Assembly: GCF_037042905.1 (NCBI RefSeq)
Contig: NC_087251.1
Span: 17,114,001-17,178,000, forward strand
DNA: 64,000 bases
DNA from: Lytechinus pictus
Taxonomy: Eukaryota
Reading direction: 5' to 3'
Part shown: in pieces, positions 1-13,951 of the stretch
How positions within the stretch are numbered: position 1 is the first letter of the stretch
Layout of the letters: each line of letters starts with the position of its first letter
Made by a program: the position numbers and the translations under genes
Notes under the pieces: model-generated
The model's database searches: none
What the model was told of the DNA's origin: nothing
What the model saw: the letters and a program-made list of their open reading frames with translations, nothing else

Positions 1-3000
1 ATGAATTTAAATCAGCGTCTGCATCCAGTATGCATTTAAAAGCAACCTATAAAAAATAGCTCATAGGAAGAAGAAAAAAACCTAATTCCCGCCAAATCTA
101 TGTGAGTGGCTGATTCGGCGACTTTTCATATTGGCATCCCGAAAACTGCATTTGTTAAACAAATGCAACAGTGGAAAGTAGAAAATAAAGGCAAATACAT
201 TGTGATGTACATAGATAAATCGAGGCATTTATAGAGTCAGAGTGTAACAGACAATTTGGTATAAACATGATGGAATTATACGCTCTAAAAAAATTACTCA
301 ATATTGATATCAACAGATCAAGGAAACGTGAATGTCTTTTTGGTTTAATAAAAAACTTGTTTACACGCTGTTCCTGAAAATTTACCCATAAAATACTCTT
401 TTAAACCTGGTATTTCTCAGTAAATGTTTCAATGTACATGATGCTGGGTAAATAATCGTATTTTAAAGTGTTAATGTAGTTCCAAGTCTACAATGTGTTT
501 CGACGAGGTGTATAAGTCAACATGATTTACATGTCTGCGTTATTTTCAGTTGAGCTTTAAAGACGTTGAAGTGGTGGCTATTTGTTTGTTGTTTGTAACG
601 CACCAGTCTGATAGGGTGCCCAGGTCCTAACCAAGTAATAGCCTTTGTTATGGAGATAATTAGATTGTAAGCAATAAAAGAGAGATTACGTCATAAAATG
701 GGGACCTATTTAACCGCTCTCTTTATACTCAAAATTGACTATTGTATCGCCGTTCGGTCTATAAGAGTGGAAATGTTTGGATCATACTCATAAAAAACAA
801 GACACAGGGATTGAGACTTTGAACTGGGGTTGTTACAACAAAAGAAATATTATCTCCTCAACAGCTTCTTGCACGTTCAATCGGATTGTACTTCAAGAAC
901 AAAATCAATAATACAGCCCCCCATGATGACTAGTTCTATTCCTCTGTTGATTCGATATACCCCATGGTTGGTTTGCAAAACCTCACTCAGAAAATGCCAA
1001 ACTCAATATTTGACTAAAAATGTGGAAGACGAACGCTATTTGGAGTGGAAGTAATAATTTCATGTGTCACTCGACACAGATTAACTAATAGCCTCCATAT
1101 AAGAGTGCAACGAAGTTCGTGATTACTTTATCCTATTAACTCAGGATGTTGTTTCTGAATTAGCGTAGACCAAAGCTACGTATATGCCTACGCTAAAAGA
1201 GGTTCAAGTTTGCACACTATGCAACACTGACAACACCTTTTTGGTGCACAAAGTTACAAAAATGCAAAAATTTGCACTTTCTCTTTAAAGATGCAACTGA
1301 ATGATGTGTCATATATGCACTAATTGCTAGTACAGAGACCTCTCCTATGGATTCAGATTCATTATAAATGTAAAAAGAAACCCCATTATTGGTAACTACA
1401 CCCTTGTAACGGTGCAAAAAAAATCCTTACGGTCAAAATTCCACCCAAATTGGAGCTAACAGTGTTGTATTTCAAGGGTGCAAAATTGTACTTTTTTCCT
1501 TCTGTACAATGTTCGACAAGTTACCAACTGTTAACTCCATAAACTGATACCATTTAGAGTTTACACACCTTTGTAATATCGCTGTCTATACAAGAATTGG
1601 GATTAAGGTTTGTATTTCAAAAGATAAAGGCCCTAATCAATAATGATTGGTTTTCACAATAGACCAATCTCTAGAGGAAGTTAGAAGAGAAAAATGCAAA
1701 GAAAAACAACCAAGAGAATGAACCATAGGCCTTCAGATCTGAATCAAAATTGATGACCATGAGAATAGGGGTTATAATTCAAGACAGAGCTGAGATGTTG
1801 CAACAAAATATGCACAGACAGACATTATTTCAAGCTTTCACTATTTCTTCTTTACATTATGCGTTTTATTCAATAAAAAGACTACCAAGATTTAAGTTAT
1901 ATCCAGTTGTAATATGAAAGGAAATCATCCGAACATAAACCATTCAAAAACACTAATAATGGAACCAATAACATCGGAGTCTGCAATGATCCAGAATCCA
2001 GATAAATGGTTGGAAAGAGAACGAGTTATAACTTCTAAATACAATATTTAACTTAATATATGCCTTTCCATTCAATGATATAGAAGACTGTTAATGCAGA
2101 AACATGCATATTTAGAATAAAAATTTGATTTCATATTATTTTACTGCAAATAGATTGTGTTTTATTGTTGAACTTGAAATGTCATGGTTAAATTATCTTG
2201 ATTCGGGAACCTTTCTTTAACATGGTGGGAACAGATCTCTACAAGATTTCTATAGATATAAAACCACCAAAAGATTTTAATTTTCATCACAATTGTCATT
2301 TTTGTCATGATTGTGATTTAACACAGCAACTTAAACATGTTCATCCGTATACGTTGAATTATATCTATCTTGGGGCTATAATATTCCTATTGTCTGATTA
2401 TATGCGGATCGTTTGAAACGAAGATGCTTAGTTAGGCAAAGTACAACGTGAAAAGGGGAAGCTTTATCACTTTATGAATACAATCTAGATCTTGAATGGC
2501 GATATGAGTTTTGTTATTAATGCAGGTATGCCCATTCCACAAACGAACCCTTCTTTTTCCAACCCATTTTTCTTCTTTCCTGATGAGATTTCGCAAGAGG
2601 CATAGAATCGAATTCTCAAAGAGATGAAAACCTTTTGATACGAATTTGGACCATGATGCATGATCCAGATTCACGCCGGAGCGAAATCCTTTATTTCCCT
2701 CAGTTGAAAGGAAAGCGTCTGTTTGCTATGATTTTGTTATCCCTATATTTTTCATATCTAATAGCCATTCGAGTTAATTTCATAGAATGGTTTTGTTGGA
2801 TTGTGTGTGTTAAATGAGCCGTGTCACCGCATCATTACATTTTGTCGAACAGAGAATAAGCACCTTCCAGTTTATCTTGTTACACGCCACATTACCTGTT
2901 TACTACTGCAAACTAAGATCGCCTTCTTGCATTATTCACCACCAAAATTAAAGCAAGTTCAATCGATTGAGGAAACGGAGCGAGGAATATCAAATACTTG

Positions 3001-6000
3001 TTGACATTGTACTCTCATATGAAACCAAAAGTACTTTTTCACTTTGTACTGACGCAACAAAATCTAAATGATTAACGTCTTTTGTTCTTGGTTATAAATA
3101 AATTACAAATGTGGCGCCACGACGCCTTGTACTTGACGCTCTAAGGCAAAGCATGAATCGAATAGGGGATGAAGGTTGAATTCCAAGCAATTACAAATTT
3201 CTGCCAAATATACCCTGCAATTTCAGCAAAGCACAGAAGTATACCCTCTTATTTTCAAGGACTATTCTACAAATTCAAATAAAGATTTATTTTTTTCATG
3301 AGAATAAAAGTTATTGGTTTTGAAATCAATCTTAGAAGAGAATTTAAGCCCACTCTTCAACTATCCAAACCATCGGATTGCAAATGGATTTTTGTAGACC
3401 GTACTCTGTTGTAAATTGCGTTTTATCGTTATAAATCTGACCTTTATATTATTTATTTTCAGTTTCATGTACATCTATGAGATGTAAATGCCTTTCCCAA
3501 AACGATGTTGTGATTGCATGTAGACATTGTAAATGTGGTGACGAAACTACATTTCGAAGAAGATCGAGTAGAAACTTTGGAACATGCATATTCGGTTGTT
3601 AATTATACTTTGATGAAAGTTTAATGGGTGAGTTTGAACACACCATGCGTAATTTCTACTAATTGTTTGCTGTTATCTTATCCGACAAACCTTTCACAAT
3701 ATTGAGTAAACCTTATTTTGAAAATGTATATATTTTGTATTTTGTGGGAATCATAATACATGTAAAGGCCCAATTTGTCAGGTGATTGTCTACGGTAAAC
3801 TGCATCGCCCCTCTAAAAATGATTTTGGTCGGTGCCTGCACGTAGAACACTTCAGATTGACCACACATCGAGGTAAAAGATAGCTATCATCCTGATCAAG
3901 GGGCGTTTAAATTACATGTACGTGTTTATTTGAAGAATTCTCTCGTCACAAACACAATCCTGCAAACTTTTAGTATAGAAGTTGCCGATATTATCGAATA
4001 TCACACCCACCATGGAGATGTTTATTAGTTGAACCCTGGTAAACACAATGATATCAAGTTAAACATTCCCACTTTGATGACTGCACACTGGTTTCATAAC
4101 CTAAAATCACATGATTAGCGTAATCTCTGGATCTACGAAATGTGATTTCCCTCTTTACTGGACTGTTATACCAGTCGAATTCCATTTGGTAAGACCTATT
4201 CTACATTTTGTTCAGCGTTGTTTATATTGAACGTACCAAGAACTTAAAAAGATACTGTATTTCCCCGTGCTTATACTAAGCATGGATCTTAACATGTTCA
4301 ACTGAACAATGGCGTGAAAGAGGTACCTCCTAAATTGGAGTTTGCACCCTGTGACTAAACACTAACACGAATAAACAACCAAGTTGGCATTGATAGGGGA
4401 ATCCATTTGATACGATCAAGTCCATGATACGATCTTGTCTTTTGTTGGTGGAGAGTAAAAGTTGTAATGTTAAAAGGGGAAAATTCTTTTCCAAGGCGTA
4501 GTTAGTGACTCAGGGTCGTCGGTTCGACGCCTATCTCGTCACCACTCACCCCATGCATGCTGTGTCGCTCTGTAAGCCTACCTCGTCTCCACCAACTGTA
4601 CCTCACACCATGCCCGCTGCGTCGCCCTTCAAGCATCTTGTGCTGATACTATATCGCAGCAACACAGACCATGGTATCAGTATCACGCTCTTCCAGCTTA
4701 TCTTTTTCGTTGTCCACACGAACTGAGGGTGAAACTATGCCAGGGGGAAGACATTCAGATTGTCTTTCATAATTTTGCATAGTGGATAAAAGGGAAAATG
4801 CACAAAATGGACCCCCCTTTATCAAACAAAAATATGGCCATATTACTTTTATATGCAGAGAGGGGGGGGGGGGGACCACTGATCCTCCAACCGTGGACAT
4901 ATTACACGTAGAGACGAGTTAGAGGATATAATAGGGTGATCGAAAAAAGAAAAAAAATGAAGAGATTGAATAATATACGCACGAGATATCACAGTTTCGC
5001 GCAACCAAACAATGAATCATTTTTTTAAAGTCTATAATATGGGATGGTGCAACGCAATATGTATAATAAGGATTAAAGAATCAGTGAACTGCAAAGAATT
5101 AAGTTGATATGACCTCATAGAAAGTACAGTTCACGTACATGTCCTGGTATAGAGGGTATAGCCTCAGGGTGACAAACACGCATTGGTCGTCCTAACCATG
5201 CCGAAGAAGCTCTTGGCCATTAACTCATTAGACAAGCCGGATAGACCCGCTCACTGCTAAAGATGCTAACATTGATATTCAATTTTCTCAATTCCCACTT
5301 CATGCAATCAATTTGCACGAATTTATCATGTGAAGGCTCTGAAATTGGATTAAGGATCTAGCAAGGTCCAATTCTAGATTTGCCTTCTGGTGCCGTGTTA
5401 GACATGAATAAAAGCATCAAAGACATACAATGTTCCGCGCGCATTTTCTTCACACACGCCTTTGTTTACATTGTGCGTCGGAAGTTACCTTTTAACAGAG
5501 AGATGAAGCGGACATCAACAATATTCATATTTTCTATACACACATTCTGCCTTTTTTTGGAAACATATCAAAAGAGTGATTGGTGTCATATACTGACAAG
5601 CTTAAGCTAGTCTCTGATTAAGGTTTCCAGCTTTAGGCCACATAATGAATTTACAAGTTTACTGTAAATTATGCAATATGATGTTGATCCCTCACCGAGT
5701 TGTGGGATAGGGATGGGGATATCAGCTGAGCAATCACAAACTGTGTGTTTATTCTGCGTAGATATACCTGGTTTATTTTTTTATTGCTACAAAATAATTT
5801 ACAATTTCTGTTGGAACCCTTAAAACATACCCCATTATTTCATCTCTTTAGATTTTAGGAAAGCCTACTTTATATTACAATTGTTAAGAACTAAATGTAT
5901 TGCTACAAAATCTATAAGGTTTGGATTTTAAACCAATGCTAAACTATATTACGTTCATATTCATTTTTAAATAATTATAATTTGAAGAATCTACACCGCT

Positions 6001-9000
6001 GTTTCCAGATTCATCCGATGAAAAGACTGATATCGTTTAAAAAATTGGTTGAGATCATTAATCTTTTCTAAAATAATACCCTCATATATTACAATATGAA
6101 CTTTCGGAACAAAATTTTCGAGCAATAACTACAATTTCCAATCATGTACATCGCGTCAACCAATAGCTTTGACTTGATAAATCTCTATTGGGAAGAACTT
6201 GTGATTGCATTCGACACAGTTTGTTTGGGCTTGATGGCGATAAAGAAGTCTCAAGATGAGGACCAATTATACAAATCTCTTGATATCCTGCCATGGATGT
6301 GGATTGGAGCACTTAAATGGCCCAAGATAGACAGACACCTTTCTTGAAAGAAAACGCTAAATCATGATCCATTGGGCCGGTATCCGCCGAGACTTGAGCC
6401 TCATTTGACAGACATGATAGCTTCTTATTACCGAACTAAGATCAGAAAATGGTTCCAAGATCTTCATCTCATGTTTCTTGAGGGTTTCTGTCAAAGAACT
6501 CGCCGTCAATGGCGTATCGATGAAAAAAAAATGAGGGGAAAGATTTTGCATTATTTGGGAGGGAGCCCCCTCCAATCACCCTCTTAAAAATAAATAATAA
6601 ACAAATAGATTATGAAGATAATTATAATATATTATATGAATAAGTTGATTTATACAATGAAATATAATAGAATTTTACAAATGAAATCCAAATTGAAAAG
6701 TAAATTAAATAGATAAAATGATATTTAAATGAAATATAATAGAATTAAATAAATTAAATCAAAATTTTAAAATAGTGATTTTGAATTAGATTGATTTCGT
6801 AATAAATTTGGAATGTTTAAAAGTTAAATAGGGCAATTATTAAAGGAGATTTCGTTAAAAATCATGATGCTGAAAAATACAATAATTTCACTCCCAACAC
6901 ACATCGCGGCTGTTGAAGGTTGCTTTTGCAATTAAGTCTCTTGATTTCGTTACGACTATTGATCAACTCTACATGTTTGTAACATTTACCAACATTGCAT
7001 TACTAAATTAAACATCCCTCAACAACAATGATAAACAGACTGTACGATAAAGAAAATTGACACAGCGTGCTAACGAAATATTGAAGTGAGAATCACTCGT
7101 CCTTTGTCAGTTTATCGATTGTAATCAACAGACAAATTGATTTTCAGTCGGTGGTCTGTAAACCTTTATAGTAAACACCGGTTTTTATAGATCGAAGTTA
7201 AGAAGTACATGTAGATGTAATATGATGCATAGTTACGTGTCACGTTCACCAGTTTGCCCTGACGTGATACCCCTAAAAAACGTTTCAAACAAATATATAG
7301 ATGATGAACCTTCCTCTTTGTCTTTTTTCCTTTTGAAAATGTTAATGTTGGATGATTGAAATAACATAAATGATGGTTGTATTTCGAATCCTCGTTAGAA
7401 GTTTAGTTATCGATACTTGTGATAAAATATGGGGATTAAAATATAAGTTCAAAATTTGAAATGGCGCTAATAAGTACATGCTTCAAAACGTTTTTCCATT
7501 TCATAAATCTTACCTATTCAATTTCCCTTTTTCGTTTGTGAGGGATATCATGCATTTTATTTTAGTCTAACCAGAGAAGTAGGTCCGCGGTTTAACTTAG
7601 ATCAATTCCACCAGGTATTTCATTTTTTTGTCAGATGGAAGCAATTTATGATTGATATGACTCTTATCATGGTATTGGAAATTATGATTAATAATCTTTT
7701 AGAAGTAGTCAGATGTGATTATTTCTTACGTGTTTACTTCAAGTGTATCCGGATAAACTTGACTTCCCTTCCTTCCTATTGAAGTTGTCTTCCTACATTG
7801 TACATGTTGTATTTCCCATTTCCTCACCCTTTTCCCCAATGGCTGGTGTCTACCTCTTGAACCTGTCATATTTTAATTTCATCTTTTTTTCTAATTTCTC
7901 TGTCTTTTGATGAATAGAAATATTTCAGCATAGACAAATTTGTTTCAAAGTGCGAACGCACTGAGTACTTGTCTTCAACTCTTTATCTTTTACATACCTA
8001 GTTATCGTTTATAAAGAATGGTTATGTACGAAGATTGTACCTTTACATTTTCGTCGTATTCCATGCTTAGGAAGTATAAAAGAAAATACTTTATAAAATA
8101 GGATCCCATCTTTCTTATTAAAAGAAGAGTTACACCACACCTTCACAAGACATGTTGTTCATTCATAATGCTATTTCTTTCTAACGGACGTTATATTCAA
8201 GTTTTGAAAATGAATATCATTTAGATTTATCAAGGCTTATTACTTATTACATACTTTAAGAAGATGGTGCGGTCATTTTTATTTGTCAGCATTCGGATAT
8301 TTTTCCTTACGGATATGTGGTCTTTTCAGATCACATTGACCTGCATGTCTGGAATAAGACATCTAATAATATTTGTGTCACACGTGAAGGAAGTCTTGAC
8401 CTTATATTGGTCGCATCCTAAAAGTTATGTTGATCTCAGGAAGTCGTGGTGGTGTTTGTTGTTAAAATCCTGACCGAGAATCGGTTTTTTTTTTTTAAGA
8501 AAAAAAAATGGCTTACAGGTATTTCGTGCCGATTCTTAATTTTTTTCTCGTCATCTTTTGCATTAACGTACGTGCCATATGATGAATAAACTTGCTGATT
8601 TTGTTAACTTGTTGATCATTTTCGAACGGTTGTGGTCGAAGTCTATCATTGGAATAACAAACATTTATCCGTGGAATCGTGAACTTTGACACATATTCTG
8701 AGTTGATGACAAAGTTGTCATGAAAACTATGGAACGGAAGATTGTTATTTGGGTTTATTGTCGGACTTGTCAAAACTTTGAAAATCTGCGATTGCAATGA
8801 TTTAACCACAAGCGTTGGTAAAAGAAATCGACAATTTTATTACAATCGCACTAAATTTCAAATAACATCACTTTCTGGAACATTCAAGTTACAGGGTGTT
8901 TCTTATTATTTTTAAGTCTTTGATTTCACGTGTCTATTGTTCCTAAAGTGGGCGGTGTTACAGTGGGGGGAGGGGCGACTGCACATAATGATTTTCTTTT

Positions 9001-10501
9001 TCAAGTAGTAAAAAAGGAAATGAAATGGTAATGAAAGAGAAGAAAGAAGAAATGACAATGAATGAGGTCCTGGTCTTGTAACTTTTACTGTTATCCCCCA
9101 ACAAACATACACCGGTGCACAATTCACTGGTGCAGCCCTGCATACATGTATATGGTCTCTATTTTGTGTTTGTGTCGTCGAAATCACTTCAACCAAAATT
9201 ACTAGAAGACAGTATTGACTACTGAAAATGAGCGATTGTGAACTTTGATGACCACTATCTTAAACCGTCCGAATCGAATGGAAGAATTTAGAGAAATAAA
9301 GTACATGGTGAAGGAAACATGAACGATTTATGGCAGACATTAATCAAAACCATGACGCAACAGTACTTAAATAATACTTGAATTTAAGTCAATGCACTCT
9401 GAAACCAAACAAGCTTGTTTCACAGATCTATTTGTGTAATAAGGACAAATAGATCATTATAAATCTTACATGTATAAAATGGCATAATGTAACGCGAATG
9501 AGGCCCGTTAAACTACATGTAAGCTTAGCTATTGCTCTGAGGGAAGATTTTTTCAAACAATTAATTGTAATGACAACTGACCACCAATTGCAATCAATCG
9601 TACAAATCAACAGTAAGATCAATTACTAAGCTTTGTGATATATTTGCCCCTAGTGACTTAATTAGTTGGTGTCCTTGTCTCGGCGACTGTATCATCTATT
9701 ACCATAAAAGTGACATTCACTTATCATGGAAATCGATGACAAAGCCTTCTATTTGGTAATAGTTCATGAGCTGTTTATTGAATTCTGGATTGATTGCACA
9801 AGTTTTATGTTGAATGACCTTTATATGATAAATTCGTCATGAACAAACACAATTACAACGTGCTTGACGTTGTGTTACCCGAATAACATGTATTTCTTCG
9901 TCCGGCTCCTTAAAAAAACCCACAAACAATTATTGATAAAGGTTTTGAAATATTCTTTTCATTAATTCTTTTCAAAGTAAGAATGGTGATTTTTGTTTTC
10001 TCTAGGCCGATTAAAGGATGATACATACATGTGTGTTGCAATTGCCGTCGTTGCGTTTTGCATTAAACGTAACTAAAATAAGTAGTTGTCATAAGGTTTT
10101 GCTACAGATTTTCTATGTAGAGATTAAAGTAAATTTTGATTGTATTTGTCCAATGAAATGTATATCCTGCAGGGTAATATCTTGATGTTTTCATTGGTAG
10201 AAATGCCCCTTAAATTACACGAACAGGAACAAAAAAATAATAATAATAACGATACACAGCAATAAGTCGGGTCGCTTTGCAAGAGATGCGTTCAAACATG
10301 GACCTAATACTCTAGGTCCATTGTTCAAAAGACCTAAGAAAATCAAAGCCCCCAAGTGGGCACATCTGTTTGTTTGAAAACCAAGTTTCATTTCAATTTA
10401 TAGTTGTGTTTTATTGCAATTCCTTGTGCAACAACTCCAGTTAAACCCCCTTCTAATACATATCTATAAATACTTGTCTTCATGTTTGTTTTCATGTATA
10501 G

Positions 10502-10781
10502 GTATCGTTGTGGCTGACTGGGGCCCAGTGTGGAGAGAACAGAGAAGGTTCACCCTGACGTCACTTCGTAACTTTGGTTTTGGAAAAGAGAACTTTGAAG
10601 GCGAAATTCAGGAGGAAATTCGTTACATGTTGGCAGCTTTCAAAGAGAAGGAAGGATCGTCGTTTAACTCTGATCATATCGTAGAGATCGCCGTATCAAA
10701 TGTCGTCTGTAACTTCAACTTCGGACGGAGGTTCGAGTATCAAGACCCCAAATTCCAGCTTCTTGTGGATAGCATCTATAG
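10502..10781 (+). CDS. Cytochrome P450 (clan 2, CYP2-like), internal coding exon A (C-helix region)
   Basis: AG acceptor 10500-10501, GT donor 10782. Encodes GIVVADWGPVWREQRRFTLTSLRNFGFGK...AVSNVVCNFNFGRRFEYQDPKF, with the WxxxR C-helix motif and CYP2-type sequence. Confidence 0.93.
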
Positions 10782-11390
10782 GTAGAAAGGACCCCCTTTT
10801 GTGTAGTTTTTTAAAATTATGTATTAGTTAATTAACTAATTAATCTATTTTTTAATCGATACGCTTGTCTATTCAGTATCGGACATAATTGTATTGATAA
10901 TTTAATGCTAATCATGTCATGATATCACTCTTGATAAGAGTTAAATTTATGCCGAATCCCCTTCTAAAAACCTAATGAAGAGTGAAATTTCGCCCCCAAC
11001 CGCCCTGTTAAACACTGGGTGAAAGATGAGGTATAATGGAAACACAAGTAGTAGTGACATATCCAACAATACGGTGACTCCACCTTTCAATTAACTTATA
11101 TGAACCACTTAGGTCACCCTCCCCCCCCCCCCCCCCCACGAAAGGCCTTGGCGTACTTGTATCACACATTTCAAAATCTCTTTCAAGTCAAGCTGAAAAT
11201 TGAGAACGATCAGCTCCAATCACCAATATTTCTAAGAAACCGATCAACGCATAATTCTGTAACCTAATTAGCATCCTGTTGATTGAAATTAGACTTGATA
11301 TTCATGCTGGATATAAATGTATACGCATTTTTGTCCTCAAGTTCTTATTAATTATTTGGATCCCTCCTATATTTCTGCATTCCTATTTAG

Positions 11391-11604
11391 ATTCGCCGAG
11401 ATAGGAACGAACGCCGCAGCAGTCAACTTCTTTCCTTTTCTGAAGCATCTTCCTATTCCTGAAATCCGAGAAGTGTTTGAGATCGATAAGGTGGTTCGTA
11501 GCTTCCTGGAGCGTATGATTGAAGATCATAAGGAGACATTTGATGAGACACGACAGAGAGATTTCATCGATGCTTATCTCCTGGAGATCAAACGCAGACA
11601 AGAG
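11391..11604 (+). CDS. Cytochrome P450 (CYP2-like), exon B (F/G/H helices)
   Basis: tttag acceptor, gtaaat donor, phase-compatible with exon A. Encodes FAEIGTNAAAVNFFPFLKHLP...IEDHKETFDETRQRDFIDAYLLEIKRRQE. Confidence 0.93.
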
Positions 11605-11999
11605 GTAAATCTTTTCCCTCTGTGTCTTAATGTTATATCAAAAAGATCGCTAAGCATGCGTGTAACTCGTCGGTAATTACCAGGATCTGATACCCCCTGT
11701 CTTTCATATTTCCCCATCAATACATCACCTTTTCAAAATAGATTTATTAGTCCGTTGCAATCTAGAGAAGCTTATCGTTATGGAACACAGTCAGTGTCAA
11801 GTACACGATCTTCCCAATCTTAATAAGCGTTATTTAACCATTAGATTATGAATAACATCGCAACACCATATTACACCACAGATGTTATAACCATGATCTG
11901 AATACGACTGTAGTTTGGATTTGTTTCCAATCCTATTTTAAAGATTGACGTAATTGTCTTAATCCATGACGACTTCTTGACGTCATCCTTAATTTTCAG

Positions 12000-12146
12000 G
12001 CACTGAAGAACGGGGAGAAAATAAGCGAGGTGGATGCATCCTTCACGGAGACATATCTATTTCACATCTTAAATGATCTCATCTTTGCTGGAACAGAGAC
12101 GATGAGTTCAACCATTCGATGGGCTATTCTTTATATGATAGTTCAG
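12000..12146 (+). CDS. Cytochrome P450 (CYP2-like), exon C (I-helix); not in the supplied ORF track
   Basis: ttttcag acceptor, gtaggt donor. Manual translation ALKNGEKISEVDASFTETYLFHILNDLIFAGTETMSSTIRWAILYMIVQ contains the AGxET I-helix motif. Confidence 0.93.
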
Positions 12147-12921
12147 GTAGGTTAACATTCAAACATTCATAAACTTCTGTCGAATATGTTTTTACAATAT
12201 GACTTAATTTCATGCTTTAAATGTTGCTTCAACTTGATGCAGTGTTTCCAAGTAAATAGAAAGCTGATAGGATATTTATTTCTTATGAAATGTATTATAA
12301 AAATTGTGGTGAATTTATGTAACTAGTTCACATTATGTGATTGATTTGATTCTTATATGTAGATCAGTTTTAGATGGTGTTAAATATCTTCAGACATTGC
12401 AAAAAGCCCTGGAGTAACTTCTTTTACAGCAAACATATCTCAGCATTTTTAATCAAAGAAGAAAATATTCATAAACACGATAAATTATGAAAGTGCATGG
12501 ACAGTCTTTTACAAATTGAAAGGTTCGATTAAAAAATCAGAGTTCATAACAGGTATAAATATTCAATTCAGAACATAAAAAACCTTTTCGTGATGTATTA
12601 TGTTTAACAAGAGTAATCACAAATCCTTGCAAACGCGACGCGTGGGATGTTGATTAACTATAAAAACTATAAATAGCCGTGACCTGTTTCGAGTCCAATA
12701 GCTGCTCATTCTTAGACAATGAATATAATATTTTCAAGAATAAATGTGAGAATATAACATCGCTTCGACTGTGATTTGAACCTTGAAGCTGGATTGCGTG
12801 ACCAGTCATGTTCAAGATGATCTATCCGGGCTCCCGTTTAGGCAATCATTAGCTTGAATCATATCAATTACAATATTGTAGATCAATTATTAGCATTTTC
12901 TTGAACGATTTTGAAATGTAG

Positions 12922-13264
12922 CCAGAAGTACAGAGGAAGGTCCAAGACGAGCTTGATGCGGTTATTGCATCCGGGGAACTCCCGTCATGGAGGAACAGGA
13001 ACCGTACGCCTTACACAGAAGCTACACTCATGGAGATCCAAAGGATGGCCAACATCACTGCCCTAACCTTCCCACACAAGACTACAGAAGATACAGACCT
13101 AGCAGGCTACAGTATTCCCAAGGATACGCATGTCTTCATCAATCTGTATTCAGTCCATGTAGACCCAACCCTCTGGAAAGAACCTGATAAGTTCATGCCA
13201 GAAAGGTTTCTGAATGAAGATGGAACTGTCATCCACAACCCGGCTCTCATGCCCTTCTCTGCAG
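12922..13264 (+). CDS. Cytochrome P450 (CYP2-like), exon D (J/K helices, PERF)
   Basis: atgtag acceptor, gtgcgt donor. Encodes PEVQRKVQDELDAVI...PYTEATLMEIQR (ExxR)...WKEPDKFMPERFL...MPFSA. Confidence 0.93.
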
Positions 13265-13769
13265 GTGCGTATATAGCTTTATTGGAAGAATATACCATTT
13301 GCAGCCGTCGATTCATTACATTCAAAGATAATTTGATCTTTTTGGCCAAATTATTTAACAATTTCAATAATTTTCCTTTATGTTCTTGTAATCGGACAAC
13401 CACCCGGAACATGAACATTTGGTCAATATCTCTAGGAAGTGTTCATGAAGTGCCATGCTGGCTTGTAGGCAATATTAAAGAACAGCTATTAGTATCATAA
13501 TCAGTAACGTATCATTTTTTCAATGGTCGGCAAATATAAGCGAATTCATGAAGAAAAATCACTTACATGTCGCTTCATAAAGTAATCCCCTGTATAATTA
13601 AGACTTGCTTGTTTTACTCGAATGTCCACTACCAGCCGAGGGGGAAGGGTAGTCATTTATGTACTTACTATGCTTCAGTATAATGTAAATATACAGTATA
13701 TATATGAACATTTACCCCACGAATATGAAGTAAATTATCATCTTACTCATATGCTATATTCTTCTTTAG

Positions 13770-13951
13770 GTCGACGAGCATGTCCAGGTGAGAAACTTGC
13801 AAGGATGGAACTATTTTTATTCTTCTCATCGATGCTTAGATACTTCACGCTCATCCCCGCACCAGAGAACCCAAACCCGAGTATCTACAAGAACTATGGC
13901 ATCAGCTTAAACCCCAAACCATACAAGATCTGTGTAATACAACGCCAGTGA
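13770..13951 (+). CDS. Cytochrome P450 (CYP2-like), terminal exon (heme-binding Cys)
   Basis: ctttag acceptor. Splicing to exon D gives FSAGRRACPGEKLARMELFLF (FxxGxRxCxG). TGA at 13949-13951. Confidence 0.94.

Noticed and set aside
4490..4535. GGTTCGA B-box-like motif suggesting a tRNA gene
   Set aside because: No cloverleaf or acceptor stem could be built.
5170..5260. LVVL...DRP peptide as a candidate upstream P450 exon
   Set aside because: Spacing is wrong for the CYP2 VVLNG...FADRP segment, an in-frame stop follows, and splice sites are unconvincing.
6144..6587. AFDTV peptide resembling a LINE RT motif
   Set aside because: Isolated 5-aa match with no other RT motifs in frame; at best an unrecognisable relic.
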